Origin: a virus
Lineage: Duplodnaviria; Caudoviricetes
Direction: 5' to 3' (one strand)
Length of the DNA stretch: 64,000 nucleotides
Virus record (IMG/VR): IMGVR_UViG_3300037067_027643
Coordinates: 192,001-256,000 of that record
Of this stretch, positions 1 through 10,100 are shown in pieces (position 1 is the first letter of the stretch; each line of letters opens with the position of its first letter). A model generated the notes under the pieces. The model was not told where the DNA came from. It did not search any database and worked only from the letters and a program-made list of their open reading frames with translations. The translations under genes were made by a program, and so were the position numbers.

Positions 1-84
1 TGACGCCGGTAAACCCATTAAAACAACAAGTTGAGGATGAATTCCACTTAGAGCTTCTATTAAAATTTGTTTTAGACTTATCAT
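1..84 (-). CDS. 5' end of a P-loop kinase/NTPase-like gene (partial, runs off the window)
   Basis: ATG at 84 on the minus strand gives MISLKQILIEALSGIHPQLVVLMGLPAS..., a hydrophobic strand followed by the start of a Walker A motif. The ACTATTTATA motif lies just upstream (90-99). Not in the ORF track. Confidence 0.6.
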   Translation of the reverse strand, partial: MISLKQILIEALSGIHPQLVVLMGLPAS

Positions 85-89
85 ATTTA

Positions 90-99
90 TATAAATAGT
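90..99 (-). promoter_or_regulatory. Putative phage late-promoter motif ACTATTTATA
   Basis: Identical 10-mer found just upstream of four gene starts (90-99 -, 5833-5842 -, 10295-10304 -, 10330-10339 +). Confidence 0.5.
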
Positions 100-110
100 A
101 AAAATAAATT

Positions 111-1655
111 TTATTTTTTGGTAGAGTGTTCATATAATGGATATCCTTTTATTTTTGCAATTCTTTGATTAAATTTAGCCCACAAATCTAAATCTTTAAA
201 CTCAATATGTAATGTTCCTTTCTTATATGCTTTAACCCTAAAATAAGTCCAATCAAAACATTTACCCCATTCTATATTACGTTCGAATAATTTACTATTT
301 GGATAATCTTTTATTTTATTAGTAATATAATCTAATTTATTATTTCTAATAGTAACATCAAAATCATAATTTTTCTCATTAAGAAAATTACCTTTATCAT
401 CGACTAAAAAATATTTATTTGAAATAAAATCATCCAACGAAACTAAATTACTATAATTATCTCCTGATATATAACATAATGCTTTAACAAAATCTTCAAT
501 TAATTCAAATGTTGATGAAGAATAAGTACTTCTACTAATTTCTCCACTCCAACCAGGACTAATACAATAAGGTGTTATGAATTTTTTATTTAATAAATAA
601 TAACTATTTGTTTTCCATCCTTCAACATGATATTTATTCTCATCGTAATGTTGAGTTATTTTATCAAACACTTCTAACAAGGCTTTATCCATTCTTTGTC
701 CTGTTGTACCAATTATTACTTCTACCATTCTATATATGTTTTTCATAGTAAATGGAAAATTCTGTTGTTCTTCAATAAATTTATTTATATCTTCTTTAAG
801 ACTTTTAGTACTATATTTCTTTAAGTTAAATTTGTCAAATAAAAACTTCCAAGCTGATTTTTGTAAATCCTTTTTAAATTCACTTCTTTTAATTTCTTTA
901 TCTCCATTCTTACAACTAAAAGCAATAGTCGAACTATAAAATCCACTGAGTACACTATTTAATTCTACAGCTGATTCAATTTGTTTATCATAAATTTTAA
1001 CAGCCTGTATATATCGTTGAACTATATCTTTTACAAAGTCATATTTTACTAATCCATTTCCTTGAGCTGTTTCTGGTTCATCTTCCATAAAAAATCCTTC
1101 GAACTCAGTATTGTAATCGCTTGATGGTTTTGTTAATTTAACGCAACTAATATTTATATTTGTCTTTCTTTCTGCTGTTGAGAAACAATCTCCTAAATCT
1201 TCTGAGTAACCATAGTTATTAATAATTTCTTTGAGTTCTTGTCTTGTACTACTATATCTATCATTTTTAATTGTTTCCGTATTACATAATGAAATGATCT
1301 TACAACCTTCTGGAGCTATTTGCCAAGCATGTAATATATGCCGTTCATCAGCACTAAAAGGTGGGTTCATTATTATATAGTTAATATGACTCACATCTTC
1401 TGATTTTACTTTTAAAAAGTCATCACTAATAAATGTACTTATTGGTTTAAGAATAGTAATAAATTCTGGAACTCGTTCACAAGTTAATACCTGTTTAGTA
1501 TTATGCTTACTACAATACCGAACAATATCACCTATACCAGCACTTGGTTCTAATACCACTTTATCAGTTAAATCAATATCAAATAAAATATGATCTAATA
1601 CTGATTCTGGAGTTGGAAAGAAATCTTTGTTAAAAATTGAATATTTATCGTTCAT
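111..1655 (-). CDS. N6-adenine DNA methyltransferase with DUF4942-like C-terminal domain
   Basis: FFPTP, motif I VLEPSAGIG and motif IV IIMNPPF are present. The C-terminal region has GWKTN and FRVKAYKKGTLHIEFKD, typical of DUF4942 proteins. Confidence 0.85.
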   Translation of the reverse strand: MNDKYSIFNKDFFPTPESVLDHILFDIDLTDKVVLEPSAGIGDIVRYCSKHNTKQVLTCERVPEFITILKPISTFISDDFLKVKSEDVSHINYIIMNPPFSADERHILHAWQIAPEGCKIISLCNTETIKNDRYSSTRQELKEIINNYGYSEDLGDCFSTAERKTNINISCVKLTKPSSDYNTEFEGFFMEDEPETAQGNGLVKYDFVKDIVQRYIQAVKIYDKQIESAVELNSVLSGFYSSTIAFSCKNGDKEIKRSEFKKDLQKSAWKFLFDKFNLKKYSTKSLKEDINKFIEEQQNFPFTMKNIYRMVEVIIGTTGQRMDKALLEVFDKITQHYDENKYHVEGWKTNSYYLLNKKFITPYCISPGWSGEISRSTYSSSTFELIEDFVKALCYISGDNYSNLVSLDDFISNKYFLVDDKGNFLNEKNYDFDVTIRNNKLDYITNKIKDYPNSKLFERNIEWGKCFDWTYFRVKAYKKGTLHIEFKDLDLWAKFNQRIAKIKGYPLYEHSTKK

Positions 1656-1678
1656 TTTGTTTGTTTTAAATTATAATA

Positions 1679-1717
1679 CAAATGTACAAAAAAGAAATTA
1701 CATTACCAAATTTATTT
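1679..1717 (-). promoter_or_regulatory. Bacteroidetes-type sigma70 promoter (-33 TTTG, -7 TACATTTG) for the methyltransferase
   Basis: Minus strand reads aaataaaTTTGgtaatg...TACATTTG with a 20-bp spacer. Confidence 0.75.
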
Positions 1718-1721
1718 CAAT

Positions 1722-1753
1722 AAAAAAGACTACCAACCTAAATCGATAGTCTT
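1722..1753 (-). terminator. Intrinsic terminator
   Basis: Minus strand GACTATCGA-loop-TTGGTAGTC stem (with GU pairs) followed by TTTTTT, downstream of ORF 1788-2114. Confidence 0.6.
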
Positions 1754-1787
1754 AAAATGAATGAAAATATAAAAAACAAAATCCTAA

Positions 1788-2114
1788 TCAATAATCGTCA
1801 TTATCATTACCCTGACTATTGTGACCGTATTTATCTTCGTCAACAATATCAAACTCTTCTTCAATATCATCATAACTCCTGTAGTTCATATCTGGTAGAT
1901 ACAGTTGTCTTAGGTCATATAACTGTTCTATACCATTATCTATTTCATCATCTGTATCAAAATATCGATTACAGAAATCTGTTATTTCTTTGTCTGTTAA
2001 TTCTTCTATACAGTCAAACATGTAAGAATAAAATTCTGGTACATTGTATTCATAATGTTTTGCTTCTACTATAATAGTTAGAAAGTCATCTATGTTAGCT
2101 TTTACTACTCTCAT
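1788..2114 (-). CDS. Acidic hypothetical protein
   Basis: 108-aa ORF in the minus-strand operon, D/E-rich. Confidence 0.6.
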   Translation of the reverse strand: MRVVKANIDDFLTIIVEAKHYEYNVPEFYSYMFDCIEELTDKEITDFCNRYFDTDDEIDNGIEQLYDLRQLYLPDMNYRSYDDIEEEFDIVDEDKYGHNSQGNDNDDY

Positions 2115-2466
2115 CTTCCTTGTTGTTTAAATAGTTTTCTTTTAATGTTTCAATTAATTTAGTTATTTTTTCTTGTGTATTAGCGTTTGGTTGTCCGATT
2201 AGCATTTTAATAGCACAGTTTATACAATATGATTGTGGTACAATTACGCAAGCATTATTAATATTAACTATTTCTATTTCTTTATTAGCTATAGCATTTT
2301 GTAATGTATCTGGTATATCATTTACACTAAATATATTATTTCCAATTATACCACCTCCGGTATTTCCCGGTATAACTACATTTCCTATGAACTCTAAAAA
2401 ATCTTGTGGGTTTTCTGATTCATAGTTACATTTGTCACAAATGTATATTTCTTTATATCTTTTCAT
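2095..2466 (-). CDS. Hypothetical Zn-binding protein
   Basis: CDKC and CINC pairs. Confidence 0.6.
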   Translation of the reverse strand: MKRYKEIYICDKCNYESENPQDFLEFIGNVVIPGNTGGGIIGNNIFSVNDIPDTLQNAIANKEIEIVNINNACVIVPQSYCINCAIKMLIGQPNANTQEKITKLIETLKENYLNNKEDESSKS

Positions 2467-2484
2467 TTTTATTGTTTATTTATT

Positions 2485-2991
2485 TTAATTTTTATTATAA
2501 ATGCGTCTTCCATATTCAGCTATTAAAATTCCATCTGCGTCTTTGTGCTTCGTTATTAAAGTTTCATGTTCTGGAAATAATCTTTTTCCTATTGTCATGC
2601 TATCAATTTTTAATTGTTCTTTTGTAGATCCTATCGGTAATAGCATTCGTTGAAATAGCTTTGAGTCAGTATATTCGTATGAATATTTTAATTGTTCGAT
2701 TACAATTAATGTTGATTCCAATGCTCTTACTCCAGAAATAGTTGCAGAAAATCTTGCTGGATTGACAAGTGGGCGCTCTAATAATACATGACATTTATAT
2801 TCTTTAAATTGTGCTAAAAAATTATAAAGCTCATCATGTTTAATTCTACTGATATTTCCCTTTTTCTTTGTATAGTTTTGTGAAGAAAATGATGGAGTTT
2901 TGATAAAATATGTTTTGCCAGTAACACAATTAATAACACCAATGCTACCCGAGGTACCGTTATCAACGCCAATTACAATTTCGTATAACAT
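2485..2991 (-). CDS. RuvC-like Holliday junction resolvase
   Basis: N-terminal IGVDNGTSGSIG, internal LLERP and C-terminal DADGILIAEYG match the RNase H-fold catalytic pattern of phage RuvC. Confidence 0.75.
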   Translation of the reverse strand: MLYEIVIGVDNGTSGSIGVINCVTGKTYFIKTPSFSSQNYTKKKGNISRIKHDELYNFLAQFKEYKCHVLLERPLVNPARFSATISGVRALESTLIVIEQLKYSYEYTDSKLFQRMLLPIGSTKEQLKIDSMTIGKRLFPEHETLITKHKDADGILIAEYGRRIYNKN

Positions 2992-2995
2992 ATAT

Positions 2996-3754
2996 CTAAA
3001 ATTTTATAATTGAATAAGTTAATCCCAAACCCAAAAATATCTGTGCTTTTAAGTTACCTCCTAATCCAACTCCTACAAACGGACCTAATCCAAATCGTTT
3101 TTTATTAGCTACTTTTTTAAGTTCTTTACTATCATTTATATCTATTATAGCACCATCTAAATGAGTAATTGTAAAACCTGGATAATCACTTCTCACATAT
3201 ATTTCTAATTTACCTTTATTTTCTTTAATACCTGTTATTAAACTTATTCCAATTTCATTCTTAGTAAGTAATGTTCCTTTTGATGTTGGAGGTAAAATTT
3301 TACAATCTAATACAGTCTGTCCATTTAATATTTGATAGTTTAATTTATCTTTGGTAAAGTATTCACTGTAATCCCATTTTACTAAATATTTATCATTACC
3401 TAATGAAATAATAGTATCATGAATATATATAGTATCATGTACAATTTTAATTATTTCTTTTATAATTACTTTTACTTTACCCTTTTCTAGTTGGAGTTCA
3501 TTATATAAATCTTTATTTTGTTTTTCTAAGTTAGATTTATCTGTAATAAGAATAGTTCTATCATATTCCAGTTTTCCATTTTTAGTTCTTTCTGTTCGTA
3601 AACTGTCAGTGTAATAATCTATATTGTTTTGAATTTGTGCTTTATACTGATTGGTTTTAGAACATTGTCTAAAGAAGAGTACTATAAATACAACGGATAT
3701 TATTAATAATATAAATGTATAATTTTTTGTAATGTAATTAATTATTTTTTTCAT
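2996..3754 (-). CDS. Membrane-anchored coiled-coil protein, spanin-like lysis candidate
   Basis: N-terminal TM helix, coiled coil, and a C-terminal Gly-rich amphipathic beta segment ending in F (KRFGLGPFVGVG...GLTYSIIKF). Confidence 0.5.
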   Translation of the reverse strand: MKKIINYITKNYTFILLIISVVFIVLFFRQCSKTNQYKAQIQNNIDYYTDSLRTERTKNGKLEYDRTILITDKSNLEKQNKDLYNELQLEKGKVKVIIKEIIKIVHDTIYIHDTIISLGNDKYLVKWDYSEYFTKDKLNYQILNGQTVLDCKILPPTSKGTLLTKNEIGISLITGIKENKGKLEIYVRSDYPGFTITHLDGAIIDINDSKELKKVANKKRFGLGPFVGVGLGGNLKAQIFLGLGLTYSIIKF

Positions 3755-3757
3755 GTT

Positions 3758-4009
3758 TTATTTTTGATTTTTAATAAAATTAATAAAATCTATTTTTAAT
3801 TTATCGCCTATAAGTTCATATATTTTATTATATTCTAATTCATTAAACATTTCTATATCTTGTTGTGTTTCAATAGACCAAGCAAATGAAATTAATTTTT
3901 TTGATTTAAAATTATATGGATCGTGTATACATTCTCCAATTATAAATTCAAATTTCCCATCGATTGAAGGAATGTTATCTTTGTTAATTTTTAATTCTAC
4001 TGTTTCCAT
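3758..4009 (-). CDS. Hypothetical protein
   Basis: 83-aa ORF tightly packed in the operon. Confidence 0.55.
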   Translation of the reverse strand: METVELKINKDNIPSIDGKFEFIIGECIHDPYNFKSKKLISFAWSIETQQDIEMFNELEYNKIYELIGDKLKIDFINFIKNQK

Positions 4010-4017
4010 AATTTTAT

Positions 4018-4680
4018 TTATTTTTTATTCTTTTTAAACTTAATCTTAAATGTTGATAAAAGTAACGTCTGAAATTTAACACCAATTTTATTCGACCAAA
4101 TCTGATTTCCATTTCCGTTCATCGGAGTATTTGAAATTATTACGACTTTATTATTGCTTTTAAATATTGGCAATAAATCTATTAACATTAACTGATTTTC
4201 ATTAAAGTCATCAAATACAAATATAGCATTTTCGTATTGAGCTATTAATTGAGAATAGGCTTTTATTTCTGAGTCTTCAATAAATGTAATATAACTATTA
4301 TATTCTAACAAGTCAATTCCAATAGGAGAAAAATCTACATTATTTTCATTTGCTAATAACGATAATAATATTTTTTTAGTCATTACTATGTTAGGAGAAT
4401 GGATAATTATATTTCGATTAGTTAATGTTTTACAAAGATATAATACATACAATAGTGATATTGTAGTTCCACCTATCTGTTTTGATTTAAGTAAAAATAA
4501 TTTATCGTAAGCTAAAAGAAATTTTAAAAACTTTAGTTGATGTTTATAAATTGTAATATCATACATATTAGCAAGAGATGGATTTGTTAAATCTGGTACT
4601 AATATCTTAAACATAGAAGATATTTCACTTGCTACTCGTTTTGTAATTTTATCAAATTTTATGGATTTAAAGAAATTCAA
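4018..4680 (-). CDS. Terminase large subunit-like ATPase domain only (degenerate paralog)
   Basis: YKHQ (Q motif), LLKSKQIGGTT (cf. the T4-type KSRQxGxST Walker A) and FVFDDF (Walker B-like). Only 220 aa, with no nuclease domain. Confidence 0.55.
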   Translation of the reverse strand: MNFFKSIKFDKITKRVASEISSMFKILVPDLTNPSLANMYDITIYKHQLKFLKFLLAYDKLFLLKSKQIGGTTISLLYVLYLCKTLTNRNIIIHSPNIVMTKKILLSLLANENNVDFSPIGIDLLEYNSYITFIEDSEIKAYSQLIAQYENAIFVFDDFNENQLMLIDLLPIFKSNNKVVIISNTPMNGNGNQIWSNKIGVKFQTLLLSTFKIKFKKNKK

Positions 4681-4739
4681 TTGTTAAATAATTTAAATTT
4701 TTATTTTAATATACAAAATTATTTTTGAATTTCCAAAAT

Positions 4740-5069
4740 TTAAATAGCAACATCGTCAAAATTATTAGTTGGTGGAACATCTGTAGTAGAATCAGTAAGT
4801 AATTCTTTTTTACTTGTTTTTCTTCTTTTTGGAGTGTTATTATCTGTATAGTCGACTGTTGGATAGATTGTTTTATCTTTATTAAAAAATGTAGCAATTG
4901 TTTCTAATCCAATCATTGATGCACTTATTCCTAACGCTGTTAATACAGTAGCATCATACATACCCAATGATATTAATATCATACTCCATATAAATCCAAT
5001 GCCACCAAATACCCGTTTAGATGATATTTTACCATGACTACTAAATATTTGAAATAGAATTTTATTCAT
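4740..5069 (-). CDS. Putative holin
   Basis: ISSKR followed by two TM helices and a charged C-terminal tail; near the spanin-like gene. Confidence 0.5.
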   Translation of the reverse strand: MNKILFQIFSSHGKISSKRVFGGIGFIWSMILISLGMYDATVLTALGISASMIGLETIATFFNKDKTIYPTVDYTDNNTPKRRKTSKKELLTDSTTDVPPTNNFDDVAI

Positions 5070-5078
5070 AATTTTAAA

Positions 5079-5807
5079 TTATTTAAATATGTATCCGTGA
5101 AATGATTTATTAGATAGATTACCATTTACATTCTTTAAAGACTGTTCCATACGAACTAAAAATGATTCCATTGATACTGCTATTGGTAATAATACTGTAT
5201 ATACTCTAATTAAATTGTTTTCATATATTGGTGATGTTAATATATCTTTTAATCCATTTACACCTATATCATTTTGATTTTCGTTATATGATTTCCAAAC
5301 TGAACTTATTATAAATGATGCTATTCTACGTTCTTCTTCTGTTCTCGCATCTTTTTCAAAATCAATAATACATTGTGTTATTCCATTATAAGATATATCT
5401 ATTATAATTTGTTCTAATTCATCGGTTCTTAAGCATTCTAAATCTTCTCTTAATATAAGTTCTTTAATACTTTTTTCGATAAAATTAAGTCTGTATTTCA
5501 TTAATAATTTTATAGTATAGTTTCTAGCATCGTCTCCAAAATTTAGTATATTAAGTTTTATATTTCTTAAATAATTTAAATGTGTAAAGAAATAATGTTT
5601 TTCTAAATCCTTTTTTGTTATTTTATATTCCTTGGATATACTTCTTATATTTTTTATCCATTTAAATATATTATATTTTTCTAAATATGCTAAAAATTTA
5701 TTTAGATATTTAAGTAACAATATAATAATAACAATTATTCCAATATATAATATAATATTTGGTGAAAAATTTGTCGTTAAATAGTCAAACATTTTATTCA
5801 AATCCAT
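5079..5807 (-). CDS. Membrane-anchored hypothetical protein
   Basis: One N-terminal TM helix; late motif upstream at 5833-5842. Confidence 0.6.
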   Translation of the reverse strand: MDLNKMFDYLTTNFSPNIILYIGIIVIIILLLKYLNKFLAYLEKYNIFKWIKNIRSISKEYKITKKDLEKHYFFTHLNYLRNIKLNILNFGDDARNYTIKLLMKYRLNFIEKSIKELILREDLECLRTDELEQIIIDISYNGITQCIIDFEKDARTEEERRIASFIISSVWKSYNENQNDIGVNGLKDILTSPIYENNLIRVYTVLLPIAVSMESFLVRMEQSLKNVNGNLSNKSFHGYIFK

Positions 5808-5856
5808 CTCTTAAATTTTTATCGATTTATAATATAAATAGTAAATTTTTATTTAA

Positions 5857-7134
5857 TTAATTTTTAACAATTCTAGAACCAATTTCATATAGATACCCAA
5901 CAATTTCTTCACTTTGCTTTATTAATAATTCATTAATTTTTTCGACTTGTTTTTTTTGTACCTCTATTATTTGTTTTTGATTATCAATTACTCTCATTCT
6001 ATTAATTACAAATATTATAAAAATTATTAATAATAATATAATTATAATAATAAATGTAATTATTATTTTTTGTTGATGATTTTTATTGTACTGAACTTGA
6101 TTTGTTATTGTAAGATTTTTAATCAAAAGTAAATTCTTTTCTGTTTGATATTGTGTTTCTATTTTAGCTATGTTTTTTTGATATGTTTCATTATTTATAA
6201 TATCAAATAAAGTTTTACATCTTTCATACGATTCTAAAGACGCTTTATAATTTCCTTTAGCTTTATAAGCCATCCATAAATATTGTAATGCCCACGCTTC
6301 TTTATCTTTTGCTTTTATTTCTTGTGCTAAATCAATACTTTTATTTGCATATTCTATTACTTTATCATAATTTTGTTCTTTAATATAACAAAGGGATATT
6401 AATCCATAATAAACTGACAATTTATTTTTATTATTTATTTCTTTACTTATTTGTATTGCTTTGTTATAATAATAATGTGCTATATCATATTTATTATTAT
6501 CCATATTTGTAACAGCTATACTATTATAACAATTAGCTATTCCATTTTTATCTGATAGTTGAATAAATATTTTTAACGCTTTATTATAGTATATTATTGA
6601 CGTAAATTTTAATATTTTATCTGCCTTGCTTTGTTCGTGTAATAATAATCCATATCTATGATATAAATTTGCTAAACCATTTAAATCATTAATTTCTATA
6701 TAAATATTTTTTGATTGATTATAATAATATAATGCTTTTTTAAAATTTTTAGTGGAAAAATAATAATAACCAATATTCATATTCACATCTGCAATACCTT
6801 TTTTAAAATTAATACCTTCAAATATTTTTATTGATTTAAGAAAGTATTCCATCGCTTGATTATAATTACCAATATTATAGTGGGCTTTTCCTATATTTAA
6901 ATAAAACGAACCAATACCATTAATATAATGAAATTGTATAGCATATTTTAATCCTATATTTCCAAAATAAATTGCTGTATCTGGATTGGAATTTTGATAT
7001 TGTTCACATAAATTAAGATATATATTCACCTGAATTATTTTATTAGAATCAGCTGGATAATGTTGATTGTTTGAATATATATTATTTGCTAATAATATAA
7101 ATATAGTAATTATTATTATTTTAATTAATTTCAT
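5857..7134 (-). CDS. TPR-repeat periplasmic sensor-like protein with TM helix, lacking a cytoplasmic output domain
   Basis: Signal-like N-terminus, about 6-7 TPR repeats (e.g. YLNIGKAHYNIGNYNQAMEYFLKS), IAKIETQYQTEK linker, TM helix and a short coiled coil before the stop. Confidence 0.8.
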   Translation of the reverse strand: MKLIKIIIITIFILLANNIYSNNQHYPADSNKIIQVNIYLNLCEQYQNSNPDTAIYFGNIGLKYAIQFHYINGIGSFYLNIGKAHYNIGNYNQAMEYFLKSIKIFEGINFKKGIADVNMNIGYYYFSTKNFKKALYYYNQSKNIYIEINDLNGLANLYHRYGLLLHEQSKADKILKFTSIIYYNKALKIFIQLSDKNGIANCYNSIAVTNMDNNKYDIAHYYYNKAIQISKEINNKNKLSVYYGLISLCYIKEQNYDKVIEYANKSIDLAQEIKAKDKEAWALQYLWMAYKAKGNYKASLESYERCKTLFDIINNETYQKNIAKIETQYQTEKNLLLIKNLTITNQVQYNKNHQQKIIITFIIIIILLLIIFIIFVINRMRVIDNQKQIIEVQKKQVEKINELLIKQSEEIVGYLYEIGSRIVKN

Positions 7135-7141
7135 TTTTCTT

Positions 7142-10100
7142 TTAATCTGTTATGTTTACAAAATGTAATATATCTGTTCCATCGTAATAATTTAATCTAA
7201 ATGTTCCATCACTTTTATTATAAATTGTACAATTATAAGCTCCATATACATAAGTTGCCGATGTAAAATCTATATTATTAGGACAATATTCAATATTATT
7301 TGATTGAAAACTATCTCCAATTATATTTGAATTAAAACCATCTCTAATATTATTTGATTGAAAACTATCCCCGATTGTATTTAAATAAAAACTACTTCTA
7401 ATATTATTTACAGAGAAGCTATTTCTAATATTATTTGAATAACAACCGTCTCCAATTATATTTGAATTAAAATACTCTCTAATATTATTTGATTGAAAAC
7501 TATTTCCGATTGTATTTGAATAGAAGCTATAACCAAATATATTTGTATTTCCAATTGTATTCGATTGAAAACTATCACCAATCGTATTCGATTGAAAACT
7601 ATCACCAATTACGTTTGATTGAAAAAGTCTTCCAATATTATTTGATTGAAAAGTATCACCAATTACATTTGAATAACAACTAATTCTAATTGTATTTGAA
7701 TAACAACTATCACCAATTGTAATAGTATAACCATCAGATTTAATATTATTTGAATAGCAAGTACTTCCAAAAACAATATTATTTAGTCTTGAATAGTATC
7801 CATTATTGTCAAAGCTAATTATATTAATATGATTATCATAACAATATTCATCGTAAGGTGTAAATGTATAATAATCTAATGGGTCACTCATTGATAGATT
7901 AGTTGTTGTAATATCACCGACACTAAATTCACTTGGTGTAGATGTCCAACTATAGTTTTTAAAATTATTTAACCAAAATTGCCAATTAACAGCATCGGAA
8001 CTAGGATCTGCAATTGATTCACTGTGAGTTGTTTTTGCTTTGTATAAATAATCATTACTTCCTGATACTATATCTTTAGCTGTATAACTACCGGATGAAA
8101 CCCATCCTGTAGCATTTACTTTCCATCTTCTAAAAATTATATTTCTAAAATCATAATAGCATTCATTATTTCGAATAGTATCCTTACGATATGTAATTAA
8201 TCCTTTGAATCCATTTACAGGCAATAATTCCGGAGTTATTAAATTCCAACTTGTTCCAGAAAACATATATGTATTTGTATTACTTGTAACATACGCATAT
8301 TCATTTATAGACGCAGATGCATAAGTCCAATTACTGCTAATATATGTTGTTATTTGATGTATATGAGTATTCCAAGGCGATGGAGATCCTGGTAATATTA
8401 CTACAGAATAACCTTCTGGTGGACCCAGTGGAATTGAATTATTAATATCATCAACTGTATAAGTTGGCGGAGGAACACCTACTCCAAAGAAAGCAATATC
8501 TCTTGTATCTCCACCAGTAATATCATAATAAATTGTATCTTGTGGATATACGGTAGAAATCGCAGTTTTATCAATAGAACCAGTCGATATAGAAAATACA
8601 ACTAACGGTTCAATACTTCCGGTATGTATGTCACTTGTAATTGTATTACCATCTAATATATTATGTACTGTTTGATAATCTGTTATTTTATAATGTTTTC
8701 CGGTTGTTAATGTTTGATTGTAAATTGATGAACTTAATTGAGAATATGTAATATTAATTAATTCGGAACTACTCATATCTAATTGATCAATTCTATAATC
8801 AAAACTACTGCTATCACTAACATAAGATTGCGAATATATATTAAAATCAGCACTCAATAAATAATTGCTCTGTGAAAGATATGTATTATTTATATTTGTA
8901 TTAAAAGAAGAACTATCTAAAGAGTAATTTGTTTCGAATGTATATAATGATTGTGAACTTGCAAAGCTGGATGTATTTAAAAATATCAATCCATTTTCTG
9001 CTGGGTTTACTTGTGGAATATAATTAGCACTTGAAGAATAACTATTAGGAACATCTAATAAATTTGTAAAATATGTAGATCCAGCACTACTTGATGGAGG
9101 TGATCCAATCCATTTACTACCAGAAACACTTAATACATATCCATTTGGATAAACACCTAAATCAATTACATTATTTAAATCTCCAAGATTAACAGGAATA
9201 CTGCTACTAAGATTAACATCGGTAATATAACAGCTTTGACTTAATAAATATACAGAACTCGATGTATTTAATTGAGTATTATAAAATGATGTTGATACAG
9301 AACTACTTAAATTGGTAACAGATGTATAAACACTACTTGATAAACTCGTTATATTACTATTAGTTGTATTTATTCTGCTGTTAAAGCTACTTGATATGTT
9401 GGTTTGATTTAATTCGTATGTATAGAAACTACTAGAATAAACATATTTAGTATCTTCAACAAATACTGTTTTATCACTTCCGGAATTAACCATCAAAAGA
9501 ACAGAATAATTTGGACTTTGTGACTTAACATCTAAATAACTAGTGGGGCAATCAGTTAATTCTAGTAATGTAGTTGCCCCACTTAAAGCACTACTTGTTA
9601 TATGTGATAAACTTTCAGAAAAACTAGAACTTAAATTATAAACAGTTGTATATTCACTTGCACTTAAATTATAAATTGAGGTATAAACACTCTGCGAATA
9701 AGAAGCAGTCCAGGTATTAACGCTTTCAGAATGAATATTTAAATAACCAATGTTTGTATTATTACTGGCTGTATATTGATTTATTAACTGTTCATAACTA
9801 TTAACAGATGATGTAAATTGATTAAATGTATTAGTATTGGCAAAGCTTGAAGTTGATATAAAATCTATTTTGGAACCACTTATCTGAAGTATTTTTCCAT
9901 CTTGTCCGGTATAAGAATTATTAGCAACATCATTTAAATTGATAAATGATAATAAAGTATTTAAACTTCCTGTTGATATGTTTTCCCAATTAAAGGTAGA
10001 AGAATTATAAGCTAGTAAATTGAAATTTCCAGGTGTGGTTATTGTAACATCTAAAAGATTTGGTAAATTATCTGCATAATAAGGTAATTGACTGTATGTA

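Noticed and set aside
4706-4745. Host-type promoter upstream of the terminase-like ORF
   Set aside because: TAATTTTG is present, but TTTG is only 12 bp away rather than 20, so it does not fit the otherwise invariant pattern.
7290-7780. CRISPR array or DGR variable repeat in the tail fibre
   Set aside because: Units are contiguous coding repeats without unique spacers. No template repeat or reverse transcriptase is in the window, and the variation is not obviously adenine-specific.
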